Shown: positions 51,068 to 60,155 of the stretch, in pieces | How positions within the stretch are numbered: the first letter of the stretch is position 1 | Layout of the letters: the number at the start of each line of letters is the position of its first letter | From: a bacterium | GTDB taxonomy: Bacteria; Patescibacteriota; Minisyncoccia; Phycocordibacterales; UBA9973 | Length of the DNA stretch: 64,000 bases | NCBI GenBank assembly: GCA_037132055.1 | Contig: JBAXPX010000001.1 | Span: 5,424 to 69,423 of the forward strand | Direction: 5' to 3' | The notes under the pieces: model-generated | What the model saw: the letters and a program-made list of their open reading frames with translations, nothing else | Databases searched by the model: none | What the model was told of the DNA's origin: nothing | Translations under genes and position numbers: made by a program

Positions 51068-52531
51068 TTATTCGTTGTTTTTAGGTTTCATCAGTGGAAA
51101 GAGTTGCGTCTCACGAATTGGTTTATCTACTAAAAAGGCAAACAACATTTCTCCAAAACCAAATCCACAAGTTGGTGGCATTCCGTATTCCAACATTTCC
51201 ACAAACTCTGTATCTGGTACCATTGCTTCTTTGTCCCCCGCTTTCAAGAGTTCTTTCTGTGCTTCAAATCTCTCCGCTTGATCTATAGGATCATTTAACT
51301 CCGAAAAGCCATTTCCTACCTCAGCTCCTGCAATAATTATTTGGAATCTTTCCGTAAGCTCTGGATTTTTCTCCATTGATTTTGAAAGTGGTGAAACAAG
51401 TTTTGGATGCCCGGTTAAAAATACAGGACCCGCGATTTTCCTTCTACAATATTTCCAAAGCGTATCGACAAGTCGTTCCATCGTAGTGCCATCATAAACG
51501 ACATTTAATTCTTCAAGTTTATTTTTTATATCTTCCAGGGAAGCGTCGAGCACGTCAATCCCTGTTTCTTTTTTAATTATCTCCCGATAATCAATCTTTT
51601 CCCATTTTTTCCCTAAATCAAATTTATGTCCTCTTGTTTCAAATTCTGTTTTTCCAAAAACTTCAAGCGCAATTTTTTTGTAAAGTTCTTCAGCTAAACT
51701 CATCGCATCTTTATAGTTTGCATATGCCCAATAAAACTCTAAATTTGTAAACTCCTGTAAATGATTTGCATCTGTGCCTTCGTTCCTATAAGCTCTGCCT
51801 ATTTCAAAAGTTTTATTAAATCCTGCTGCCATAAGACGTTTCTGCCAAAGTTCTCCGATACATATCCGCAAATAAAGAGGTAATTTAAAGTCTTCATTAT
51901 AGGTTTTAAATGGGGCAGCATCTGCTCCACTTGCTGTCACTTCAAGCGACGGAGTTTCAACTTCCATAAATCCGTGTTCTTTCATAAAAGATCTAGCAGT
52001 ATCCCAAAACTTCACCTTTTTTTCAAAAAGATCTTTTATTTCAGGACTCATCAAAATATCTAGATATCTTTTTCTAAACCTTTCTTCCACGTCCTGAAGT
52101 CCATGCCATTTCTCTGGTAGTGGTCGTAAGCTTTTAGACAACATTCTCCAGTCTTTTGCTTCAATAGTTTTCTCTCCTCTTTTAGTAGTAAAGAAACTTC
52201 CTTGTAACTCTACAAAGTCCCCAATGTCCACAACTTCACTAAAAAAATTCAATTTTTCTTCACCAATAGAGTCTTTTTTAATTAATCCTTGGAACTGAGC
52301 TGTGCCATCATCGAGCGTAATAAAAACGATAGCTCCCTGCCCACGAATAGACATTATTCGTCCTGAAACCCACTTTGTTTCATTAGATTTTTCAAGGTTA
52401 TCAAATTTGCCTATAACCTCTTCTAAAGTGAGTTCTCTCTTTGATTCCGCTGGATAAGGATCAATACCTCTTTTTTTTAAGAGTTCTAATTTTTTGATTC
52501 TGGTGTCTCTTATTTCGTCAATTGATGACAT
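51068..52531 (-). CDS. lysS: Lysyl-tRNA synthetase (class II)
   Basis: OB-fold N-terminus and class-II motifs (FMEVETP, …GFGFG…). Confidence 0.8.
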   Translation of the reverse strand: MSSIDEIRDTRIKKLELLKKRGIDPYPAESKRELTLEEVIGKFDNLEKSNETKWVSGRIMSIRGQGAIVFITLDDGTAQFQGLIKKDSIGEEKLNFFSEVVDIGDFVELQGSFFTTKRGEKTIEAKDWRMLSKSLRPLPEKWHGLQDVEERFRKRYLDILMSPEIKDLFEKKVKFWDTARSFMKEHGFMEVETPSLEVTASGADAAPFKTYNEDFKLPLYLRICIGELWQKRLMAAGFNKTFEIGRAYRNEGTDANHLQEFTNLEFYWAYANYKDAMSLAEELYKKIALEVFGKTEFETRGHKFDLGKKWEKIDYREIIKKETGIDVLDASLEDIKNKLEELNVVYDGTTMERLVDTLWKYCRRKIAGPVFLTGHPKLVSPLSKSMEKNPELTERFQIIIAGAEVGNGFSELNDPIDQAERFEAQKELLKAGDKEAMVPDTEFVEMLEYGMPPTCGFGFGEMLFAFLVDKPIRETQLFPLMKPKNNE

Positions 52532-52539
52532 TTTAAAAA

Positions 52540-53007
52540 TTAAGATACGTCTATGATTTTATAATTAACTTCACCTTTTGGAGTTTGGAAAGAAATCGTC
52601 TCTCCTTTTTTTCTACCAAATAGTGCTGCACCAAATGGTGATCTGTTAGAAATTTTGCCAAGTGCCATATCGGCTTCTTCAGAACCTACTATCTGATAAG
52701 TTTTTTCTTCTTTAGTACCATCCTTTTTTACTACTACTTTTGAACCAACCTCAATCTCCTCTCCTCCTCCACCTGCAACAACTTGCGAAGACTGCAAAAT
52801 CTGTTCTATTCTTTTTATGCGCTCTTCGAGCTTGCCTTGATCTTCACGAGTTTGATGATATTCAGCATTTTCTGAAAGATCGCCGAGCGATTTAGCGTAC
52901 TCTAAAGCCGCTAAAATCTCTTTTCGTTTTGGTCCTTTTAGGTCTTTTAACTCAATCTCAAGTGCCTTTTTCTTTTCTTCAGTTATGTAATCTCCTCCTT
53001 GTTTCAT
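52540..53007 (-). CDS. greA: Transcription elongation factor GreA
   Basis: Coiled-coil N-terminus with GDLSENAEY, and the C-terminal ISNRSPFGAALFGRKKGE. Confidence 0.8.
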   Translation of the reverse strand: MKQGGDYITEEKKKALEIELKDLKGPKRKEILAALEYAKSLGDLSENAEYHQTREDQGKLEERIKRIEQILQSSQVVAGGGGEEIEVGSKVVVKKDGTKEEKTYQIVGSEEADMALGKISNRSPFGAALFGRKKGETISFQTPKGEVNYKIIDVS

Positions 53008-53151
53008 CTTTTTAAAAATTTATTTTTAATAAAAAACTCAAAGCCGTAATTTATCTTTACGAAACTTGTATAATAAAATACTAGCATTTTTAACAAAAAA
53101 GTAAATACAAGAACTTGCTAAATATTTTTTATATGATAATCTATAGCTTAT

Positions 53152-53379
53152 ATGGCAAAAACAGTAATCGAAGTAAAGAAAAACCCAAATGAAAACAACG
53201 CAAGCGTTTTGCGTCGTTTTTCTAGAAGAATTCAAGAGTCTGGAATAATTCAAAAAGTAAAAGGTTCTCGTTACAACGAAAGAAAAGAATCAAAACTAAA
53301 AGTAAAGAAAAGCGCATTGAAACGAATGAATCGAAGAAAAGAAATAGAAAAACTTCGAAAGTTAGGAAAGGTTAAATAA
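53152..53379 (+). CDS. rpsU: 30S ribosomal protein S21
   Basis: MAKTVIEVKKNPNENNASVLRRFSRRIQESGIIQKVKGSRYNERKESK… resembles S21. Confidence 0.65.
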   Translation: MAKTVIEVKKNPNENNASVLRRFSRRIQESGIIQKVKGSRYNERKESKLKVKKSALKRMNRRKEIEKLRKLGKVK

Positions 53380-53385
53380 AAAAAT

Positions 53386-53775
53386 ATGCAGAATAATTTT
53401 TCTGTTACAAACTCCACAAAAGACAAGCTTCCAAACTTGCATTTTGTAATTATAAAAAACGATATACTAGGCAAAGAATATTCTCTTTCTTTGGCTTTTA
53501 TTGATGAAAAAAAATCAAGAGAAATAAATAAAACGTATAGAAATAAAGATAAATCAACAAATGTTTTGTCTTTCCCTTTGTCTAAAAAGGATGGAGAAAT
53601 ACTTATCTGCCCAGCTGTAGTAAAAAAGGAAACAAAAAAATTCAACAAAAATTTCAAGGAATTGTTGGGATTTTTAGTTATCCACGGAATGCTTCATTTG
53701 AAAGGAATGGGACATAGTAGTAGAATGGAAGAAGAAGAAAAAAAATATGATCAGAAATATTTCAGTCGGCATTGA
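53386..53775 (+). CDS. ybeY: Endoribonuclease YbeY
   Basis: HGMLHLKGMGH zinc-binding motif. Confidence 0.7.
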   Translation: MQNNFSVTNSTKDKLPNLHFVIIKNDILGKEYSLSLAFIDEKKSREINKTYRNKDKSTNVLSFPLSKKDGEILICPAVVKKETKKFNKNFKELLGFLVIHGMLHLKGMGHSSRMEEEEKKYDQKYFSRH

Positions 53776-54910
53776 TATCGGAACTTCCACCACACGTGTT
53801 GTGGTCGGAGAATTTTTAAAAGGAGAAAAAAATCCTAAAATTATTGGCATAGGTGAAAGTGAAACAAAAGGAGTCAGACATGGTTATATCATCCATATTC
53901 CTGATACAGTGTCTTCTCTGAAAATCGCCATCTCTATGGCAGAGAAAAGTTCTGGTATAAAAATAAGGCGCGCCTTTGTTTCAATCGGTGGTACAACTCT
54001 ACGTTCGGAGATAGGAACTGGATCCGCTATTATTTCTAAGGCAGATAGTGAAGTAACTAGTCTAGACGTCAATAAAGCATTAGAAGAAAGCGAAGTTAAC
54101 CTGAGTCTAGGTAATAAAAAAATAGTATATGTCTCTCCTATTTCTTTTAGACTGGATGGAAAAGAAGTTCTGGGTAGACCTGAAGGTATGCATGGAAATA
54201 AGCTTGAAATAAAAGCTATTTTTATAACCAGTTCCACAAAACACTGGGAAGACCTTATAGAAACAGTGACTAATGCTGGAGTAGAACCGATAGACGTGAT
54301 TCCTTCTCCACTGGCTAGTAGCTATATTTCATTATCTAGTAGACAAAAAATAGTAGGGGCTGCTTTGATAGATATCGGAGCTGAGACGGTGTCTATGGGA
54401 GTATTTGAAAATGAGTCACTCATCTCGCTTCATACATTTTCTATTGGTTCAGCAGACATAACAAATGACATAGCGCTCGGATTAAAGATCCCACTTGAGA
54501 AAGCAGAGAGTTTTAAACTAGGAGATAATGACGAAGAGTACTCAAAGAAGAAATTAGAAGAAATAGTAGAAGCACGTCTTACAGATATTTTTGAATTGAT
54601 TGAAAACCATCTTAAAAAAATAAAAAGAAATGAACTTCTACCTGCTGGCGTAGTATTCGTAGGTGGAGGAGCAAATTCTTTTGGTCTTGAAGATTTATCA
54701 AAAACTGTCTTACGATTACCATCGAAAATAGGGACAACTGATTTTTTTGGCAACACAAAAACCAAATTACGTGACCCTTCTTGGTACACAGCTATCGGCC
54801 TTGTTATATACAATAAAAATATTAAAGGATATGTAGAAGGTTCTCTGCCAAATCTATTCAAAGATATAAAAAACTCTTTAAAATCAATGGTAAAACAGCT
54901 AATGCCATAA
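53747..54910 (+). CDS. ftsA: Cell division protein FtsA
   Basis: Actin-fold N-terminus VGIDIGTSTTRVVVGE and its genomic pairing with ftsZ. Confidence 0.75.
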   Translation: MIRNISVGIDIGTSTTRVVVGEFLKGEKNPKIIGIGESETKGVRHGYIIHIPDTVSSLKIAISMAEKSSGIKIRRAFVSIGGTTLRSEIGTGSAIISKADSEVTSLDVNKALEESEVNLSLGNKKIVYVSPISFRLDGKEVLGRPEGMHGNKLEIKAIFITSSTKHWEDLIETVTNAGVEPIDVIPSPLASSYISLSSRQKIVGAALIDIGAETVSMGVFENESLISLHTFSIGSADITNDIALGLKIPLEKAESFKLGDNDEEYSKKKLEEIVEARLTDIFELIENHLKKIKRNELLPAGVVFVGGGANSFGLEDLSKTVLRLPSKIGTTDFFGNTKTKLRDPSWYTAIGLVIYNKNIKGYVEGSLPNLFKDIKNSLKSMVKQLMP

Positions 54911-55019
54911 ACAGTTCCTGAAATATTTATGTCTAAAGTAAAGCAGCTTTGCTTTTTTTTATTTTCTGCTATTATAAACACATAATCATTAATTTATTAA
55001 TAAAAACAAGAAAAACCAT

Positions 55020-56225
55020 ATGCCAAAAGTAAACCAAGAAATAGAGACTTTCGCTCGTATCAAAGTCATCGGAATAGGGGGATCTGGGAAGAATGCAATC
55101 AACCACATGATCGCAACAAAAGTGAAAGGGGTAGAATTTATTTGTATGAATACTGATACTCAGGATCTGCATCATTCACAGGCTGAGAAAAAAATTCATA
55201 TTGGGAAAAATCTTACAAAAGGCCTAGGTGCTGGAATGAATCCAGAAATAGGAAGAAAGGCTGCTGAAGAAACTAAGGCTGAAATTCAAGATGTGATAAA
55301 AGGTTCAGAGATGGTCTTCATAGCTTGCGGAATGGGAGGTGGTACAGGTACAGGAGCCGCTCCGATAGTTGCTCGTGCAGCAAAAGAACAAGGAATACTA
55401 ACTGTAGCTGTTGTTACAAAACCATTTTTCTTTGAAGGAAGTCACAGAATGAAAATAGCAGATAAAGGACTAGAAGAACTAGCAAAAGAAGTAGATGCAA
55501 TAATAGTAATTCCAAACGACAAGCTTCTACAAATTTCCGATAAAAATACTAATTTCAAAAATGCTTTTGCAACTTGTGATGATGTTCTAAGACAAGCAGT
55601 GGAAGGCATATCTGACCTTATTACCACACCCGGTATCATAAACGTTGACTTTGCTGATATAAAAGCAGTGATGTCCGATGCTGGTTCTGCCCTTATGGGT
55701 ATAGGATCTGCTTCGGGTGAAAAAAGAGCTGAAAAAGCTGCATTAATGGCCATCAATTCCCCTCTTCTTGAAGTTTCAATAAATGGTGCAAAAGGAGTGT
55801 TGTTTGCAATCTCAGGCGGAGACGACATAACAATCCACGAAATTCAAGAAGCTGCAAAAATAATAACTGAATCAATAGACAAAGATGCAAAAGTTATTTT
55901 CGGAACCATTCACGACGAAAAAACTAAAAAGGGTGAAATAAAAGTCACCGTTATTGCTACCAGCTTCCCTACAGACATGCCACGCAAAAGTCTTTTCACT
56001 GGAACTTCTGTATTAAATACCCAACCAGTACTAAAAGAAGAAAACGCTCAAGCTGTAAAAAAAGAAATTCACAATAGCTTCATCAATATAAACAATAATA
56101 AAAGCAATGATGATTTTTTTAAGAAACCAGAAAAGAAACCAGAAATTGTAGAAGACATAATAATAGACGATGACGCCGACGATTGGTCCGCTGTACCTGC
56201 ATTTCTACGACGCAATAAGAAATAA
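55020..56225 (+). CDS. ftsZ: Cell division GTPase FtsZ
   Basis: GGGTGTGAAPIVA tubulin signature. Confidence 0.9.
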   Translation: MPKVNQEIETFARIKVIGIGGSGKNAINHMIATKVKGVEFICMNTDTQDLHHSQAEKKIHIGKNLTKGLGAGMNPEIGRKAAEETKAEIQDVIKGSEMVFIACGMGGGTGTGAAPIVARAAKEQGILTVAVVTKPFFFEGSHRMKIADKGLEELAKEVDAIIVIPNDKLLQISDKNTNFKNAFATCDDVLRQAVEGISDLITTPGIINVDFADIKAVMSDAGSALMGIGSASGEKRAEKAALMAINSPLLEVSINGAKGVLFAISGGDDITIHEIQEAAKIITESIDKDAKVIFGTIHDEKTKKGEIKVTVIATSFPTDMPRKSLFTGTSVLNTQPVLKEENAQAVKKEIHNSFININNNKSNDDFFKKPEKKPEIVEDIIIDDDADDWSAVPAFLRRNKK

Positions 56226-56228
56226 TTT

Positions 56229-56375
56229 GTAAAAAAACCAAAACAAGATTTTTTCGGTACGGATTTTTTGAAGCTTAAAAAATCTCATCGAGCCTGAGGC
56301 TCTCAGAGCCGAAGGCCTGAAATTTTCGGCTCGTCAGCCTCAAAACCCCTTCAAAATCTTGTTTTGGTTTTTTAC
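56229..56375. repeat. ~147-nt nested palindromic element between ftsZ and trxB (23-bp AT-rich outer stem; GC-rich inner hairpins)
   Basis: GTAAAAAAACCAAAACAAGATTTT…AAAATCTTGTTTTGGTTTTTTAC encloses GAGGCT-ctca-GAGCCGAA-[ggcctgaaatt]-TTCGGCTC-gtc-AGCCTC. The core CGAAGGCCTGAAATTTT resembles CGAAGGCTCAGAAATTTT of the 27.4 kb and 37.2 kb repeat. Confidence 0.6.
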
Positions 56376-56398
56376 TTTTTTTTGATATACTAACTCTT

Positions 56399-57382
56399 AT
56401 GATATATGACCTTATAATTATTGGCGGAGGGCCGGCTGGATCTGCTGCTGCTGTGTACGCCGCTCGCAAACGCTTAAATACTTTATTTATTACCGATGAA
56501 TTCGGAGGGCAATCTATCGTGTCTGAAAAAATATATAACTGGATTGGCACAACTGAAATCGCTGGGTCAAAACTTGCGGAAGATCTCAAAAATCATGTAC
56601 TAGCTAATAAAGGAGAAAAGCTTACTATAAAAGAAGGTTTAACCGTAGTAGCCATTGTGAAGATTGTGAAGGACGGTCCTTCACAAAATTCACAAAACTG
56701 TGAAGGACCGTCCTTCACAAGCACAGGTATTTTTTCAATAAAAACTGAGTCGGGAGAAGAGTTTGAAACAAAGACTGTTTTAATAACTACAGGAAGTAAG
56801 CGTAGAAAATTAGAAATAAAAAACGCTGACAAATTGGAACATAAAGGACTCACCTACTGTGCTACTTGTGATGGACCAATGTTTTCTGGCGCTGATGTTG
56901 TAGTTGTCGGCGGGGGCAACGCTGCTTTTGAAAGCGCTTCTCAACTTCTCGCATATTGTAATTCCGTAACAATTTTAAATAGAAGTGATTCATTTCGAGC
57001 TGATCAAATAACGATAGACAAACTTTCAAAAAATCCAAAACTCAAAATTATAAAAAATATTGAACTTCTGGAAGTTTTGGGTGATAAATTTGTAGAAGGA
57101 ATAAAATATAAAGATATAAATACAAACAAAGAAAACACTCTCAATATCACTGGGATTTTCGTAGAAATAGGCCAAATTCCAAATACTGAATTCGCAAAAG
57201 ACCTTATTTCCCTTGATAAAATAGGCAAAATTAAAATAGACCCATGGACTGGAAAAACAGAAACTTCAGGCATTTGGGCAGCTGGTGATTGTACTAATAT
57301 TCTCTATCATCAAAACAACATCGCCGCTGGCGATGCTGTAAAAGCTTTGGAGGATATTTATTTAACAATACACACTAAATAA
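56399..57382 (+). CDS. trxB: Thioredoxin reductase
   Basis: IIGGGPAGSAAAVYAARK and the redox CATCDG. It contains about 60 bp of in-frame palindromic insert (56664-56720). Confidence 0.8.
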   Translation: MIYDLIIIGGGPAGSAAAVYAARKRLNTLFITDEFGGQSIVSEKIYNWIGTTEIAGSKLAEDLKNHVLANKGEKLTIKEGLTVVAIVKIVKDGPSQNSQNCEGPSFTSTGIFSIKTESGEEFETKTVLITTGSKRRKLEIKNADKLEHKGLTYCATCDGPMFSGADVVVVGGGNAAFESASQLLAYCNSVTILNRSDSFRADQITIDKLSKNPKLKIIKNIELLEVLGDKFVEGIKYKDINTNKENTLNITGIFVEIGQIPNTEFAKDLISLDKIGKIKIDPWTGKTETSGIWAAGDCTNILYHQNNIAAGDAVKALEDIYLTIHTK

Positions 57383-57384
57383 GT

Positions 57385-57726
57385 TTATTCGCCATATCTA
57401 TTTTTCTTTCCATCGTTTGCGTGATATGAAATATCATCTTCAGTTTCTTTTATCCATTCAGATATAGAAAGACATTTCCCGAGACGCATTATACACCATT
57501 TGTCTTTCTGTCTAATTAAGTTCTCTTCTTTAAAATAAAGAGGGTACGAACCTTGTAAAAGCTCTATTGTTTCTTTCTTTTCTTGCTCAATCGCCAATTG
57601 CTCTTGTTCCGCTTTTTCAAAATCTATTTTGAGTTGTTCTTCATTTTTTTGTGGTAAATTTTCCATATTTATATTATGAATTATAGAGGATAAAGATAAT
57701 TTTGCAAATTTTAATTTATTTGCCAT
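57385..57726 (-). CDS. Hypothetical protein
   Basis: ORF only; no recognisable motif. Confidence 0.3.
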   Translation of the reverse strand: MANKLKFAKLSLSSIIHNINMENLPQKNEEQLKIDFEKAEQEQLAIEQEKKETIELLQGSYPLYFKEENLIRQKDKWCIMRLGKCLSISEWIKETEDDISYHANDGKKNRYGE

Positions 57727-57813
57727 TTTTTTATTTTCGTTGTAATATAAGCACGAAATAAAAAGACTGGAATAGTCCAGCTCTTAGACCGTTATTTAAC
57801 AAAAGGAGGTTTT

Positions 57814-58518
57814 ATGAACAAAAAAATTATTGTTGCTTTGGATGTAGACACACTCGAAAAGGCTAAACCCCTCATCGAAATGCTTGCACCACATGTAATG
57901 TGTTTCAAAGTAGGACTCGAACTTCTCACTGCAGAAGGAGCACCAAAGGTTGTCAACTGCATTCATTCAATGGGTGGCTCGGTCTTTTTTGACGGAAAAT
58001 TCAATGACATTCCAAACACAGTTGCCAATGCTGTAAAAGCCCTTGCAAAATTTGAAGTTGCAATGTTCAATATCCATGCGTCATCTGGCGTCGAGGCGAT
58101 GATGGCTGCAGTTGCGAACAGAGGGGTTTCCCTCGTTCTTGCTGTTACGGTTTTGACTTCGCTCGAAGAAAACAATGCTCACCTGATCTTTGGAGCACCG
58201 AGCAAAGCCAAGGTTTTGGAATTTGCAAGATATGCAAAAATTGCAGGTTGTGAAGGAATTATTTGCTCACCGCAAGAACTCGAGATTATCGGTAAACAAA
58301 AAGAGCTTAAAGGTCTCTTGAAAATCACTCCCGGCGTTCGTCCCCTGTGGGCTTCTGTTGGTGACCAAAAAAGAGTCATGACTCCAGGAGAAGCAATAAC
58401 AGCTGGAGCATACGCCATTGTAGTAGGCCGGCCCATCACAGACCCTTCGAAAGAAATCGGAACACCTGTGGATGCGATAAAAAGAATCCAGGAAGAAATC
58501 GATTCAGTACAACAATAA
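57814..58518 (+). CDS. pyrF: Orotidine 5'-phosphate decarboxylase
   Basis: IIVALDVDTLEKAKPLIEML…FKVGLEL, preceded by the strong SD AAAGGAGG. Confidence 0.65.
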   Translation: MNKKIIVALDVDTLEKAKPLIEMLAPHVMCFKVGLELLTAEGAPKVVNCIHSMGGSVFFDGKFNDIPNTVANAVKALAKFEVAMFNIHASSGVEAMMAAVANRGVSLVLAVTVLTSLEENNAHLIFGAPSKAKVLEFARYAKIAGCEGIICSPQELEIIGKQKELKGLLKITPGVRPLWASVGDQKRVMTPGEAITAGAYAIVVGRPITDPSKEIGTPVDAIKRIQEEIDSVQQ

Positions 58519-58533
58519 AAAGGAGGAAAAGTT

Positions 58534-59295
58534 ATGACAGAAAAAAATGTTTTGACCTTGATAAAAAAAGGTCTGATTTTCAACCTTCTTCCTGGTAACA
58601 TTCCACCGGACCGTTTTATGACGAAGGAGGAAATGATCGCAATTTTTGATTTCTTTGGAGCATTTTGGGAATACAAAGGAAATCCCTGCCCTGAAAAACC
58701 GCATGCTCTTTTGAAATCTGGCTTGCACAGTAATGGTTTTGTTGTTTGTAAAGACGTATTGCAACATCCACGCATGTGCACCCTCTTTGCAAATGAAATC
58801 GTAAAACGTATTCTTAAAGACATGTCTCCAAGAAAAATCGATGTTATAACAAGTTCTGCGTACTCAGCTATCGCATTGGGTTGGGAAGTAGCCAGAATTA
58901 TAGGTAACTTTCACAACCCAAAAGTGGAATATATTCCGGTAGAAAAAGATGTGGATGGCAACCCGACAATAATCCGTGGAGGAATTGATTCTTCTAAAAA
59001 CGTTCTGGTCATAAATGAACTGATGACAACCGGAACCGGAAGCACCTGGGAAACAAAACAGGCAGTTTTAAACTGTAATGGTGTAAATTCGCCACCGACA
59101 GTCATTGATCCTGCTTTTGTTTTGGTTCATCGTTCAAAAGATTACGAGCTCCCGGACAACTCGTCCGTACGCCCAATGTTCCATTTTGACATTCGAAGCT
59201 TTGAACCTGAAGAATGCCCGTACTGCAAAGTAGGTTCAGAGGCTATCAAACCAAAAATTGGCAACAACTGGAATCTTTTACACGAAAGAGTGTAA
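58534..59295 (+). CDS. pyrE: Type I phosphoribosyltransferase, probably orotate phosphoribosyltransferase
   Basis: PRPP-binding loop VLVINELMTTGTGS; lies immediately after pyrF and is preceded by the SD AAAGGAGG. Confidence 0.5.
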   Translation: MTEKNVLTLIKKGLIFNLLPGNIPPDRFMTKEEMIAIFDFFGAFWEYKGNPCPEKPHALLKSGLHSNGFVVCKDVLQHPRMCTLFANEIVKRILKDMSPRKIDVITSSAYSAIALGWEVARIIGNFHNPKVEYIPVEKDVDGNPTIIRGGIDSSKNVLVINELMTTGTGSTWETKQAVLNCNGVNSPPTVIDPAFVLVHRSKDYELPDNSSVRPMFHFDIRSFEPEECPYCKVGSEAIKPKIGNNWNLLHERV

Positions 59296-59367
59296 AGAAA
59301 AAAGTTGTATAACAACGAAAGAGTAGTTCTTTTTTACGAACTGCTCTTTTTTTATTTTTAATAAAAT

Positions 59368-60063
59368 TTAAAATTTGAGGAGTGTTTTGTTTATGTATTT
59401 TAAAACTATTTTCTCATATAAAATATAATAACCAAAAATTCCCATTGCTACTCCTCCTAAAAACCCCACAACAGTATGAAATTTTAATACGAATGTACCA
59501 ATCGCTCCAAAGAAAGCTAATGGCAAAAATACCCAGAATAGTGAACGCCAATGCTTATAGAGGAATATTCCCATGAAAACTAATGGTGCAACATGAAGGC
59601 TTGGAAAATCACCGAGAGGAGTACTTTGTGTATATAGACCTTGTAATGCTTGAAACATTCCTTCATTTATAAATAGATGCGAGTTGGGTCCATATGAAGT
59701 AAGCATAACTCCCGAAGCTGTGGTTGGAAAAATTATATAAATGACGTAAGTAATTAAATATACAAATACTACAGAGAAATAAAAAGATATAACCTGTATC
59801 GCAGTAATTCTTTTATTAAAAGCGTACAATATTCCTGAAAGAGGAACGTAAATAAGACAAGCCAAATACGGCCACATGATATAGATGTTCACAGGTGTCC
59901 ACGCGTCAATAAATGTTTTAAGAGAAACAGTATTCATCAGTCTTCCTCCCAATTCACAAATAGCTTGATACTGTATCATTACAAAGTACAAGAGAAAGTA
60001 AAGCGGAACAAATAATAAAAGCTTAAACCAAACACTATGATTAATTTTTTCCGAAATTTTCAT
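59368..60063 (-). CDS. Polytopic membrane protein (possibly PAP2-like)
   Basis: About 6 TM helices and a FPSLH motif. An extended -10 element TGATATAAT lies only a few nt upstream, suggesting a leaderless or near-leaderless transcript. Confidence 0.35.
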   Translation of the reverse strand: MKISEKINHSVWFKLLLFVPLYFLLYFVMIQYQAICELGGRLMNTVSLKTFIDAWTPVNIYIMWPYLACLIYVPLSGILYAFNKRITAIQVISFYFSVVFVYLITYVIYIIFPTTASGVMLTSYGPNSHLFINEGMFQALQGLYTQSTPLGDFPSLHVAPLVFMGIFLYKHWRSLFWVFLPLAFFGAIGTFVLKFHTVVGFLGGVAMGIFGYYILYEKIVLKYINKTLLKF

Positions 60064-60094
60064 TGTCCGTTAATTATATCAAAACTTATGTATT

Positions 60095-60155
60095 TTGCGG
60101 TGTGTATTGGACAAAGTTCGAATTTATTTCGAACTTTGTCCAATACACACCGCAA
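60095..60155. repeat. 61-bp perfect palindrome (28-bp arms, 5-nt centre) abutting the left inverted repeat of recombinase unit 1
   Basis: TTGCGGTGTGTATTGGACAAAGTTCGAA-tttat-TTCGAACTTTGTCCAATACACACCGCAA. Confidence 0.8.

Noticed and set aside
60070-60081. The 11-mer TAATTATATCA occurs both left of recombinase unit 1 (60070-60081) and right of unit 2 (63670-63680), which suggested a target-site duplication flanking a single composite insertion.
   Set aside because: Both copies are the reverse complement of an extended -10 promoter (TGATATAAT) correctly positioned for minus-strand genes: the membrane protein at 60063 and the recombinase at 63549. The same promoter motif recurs at 42352. Recurrent promoter sequence explains it better than a duplication.
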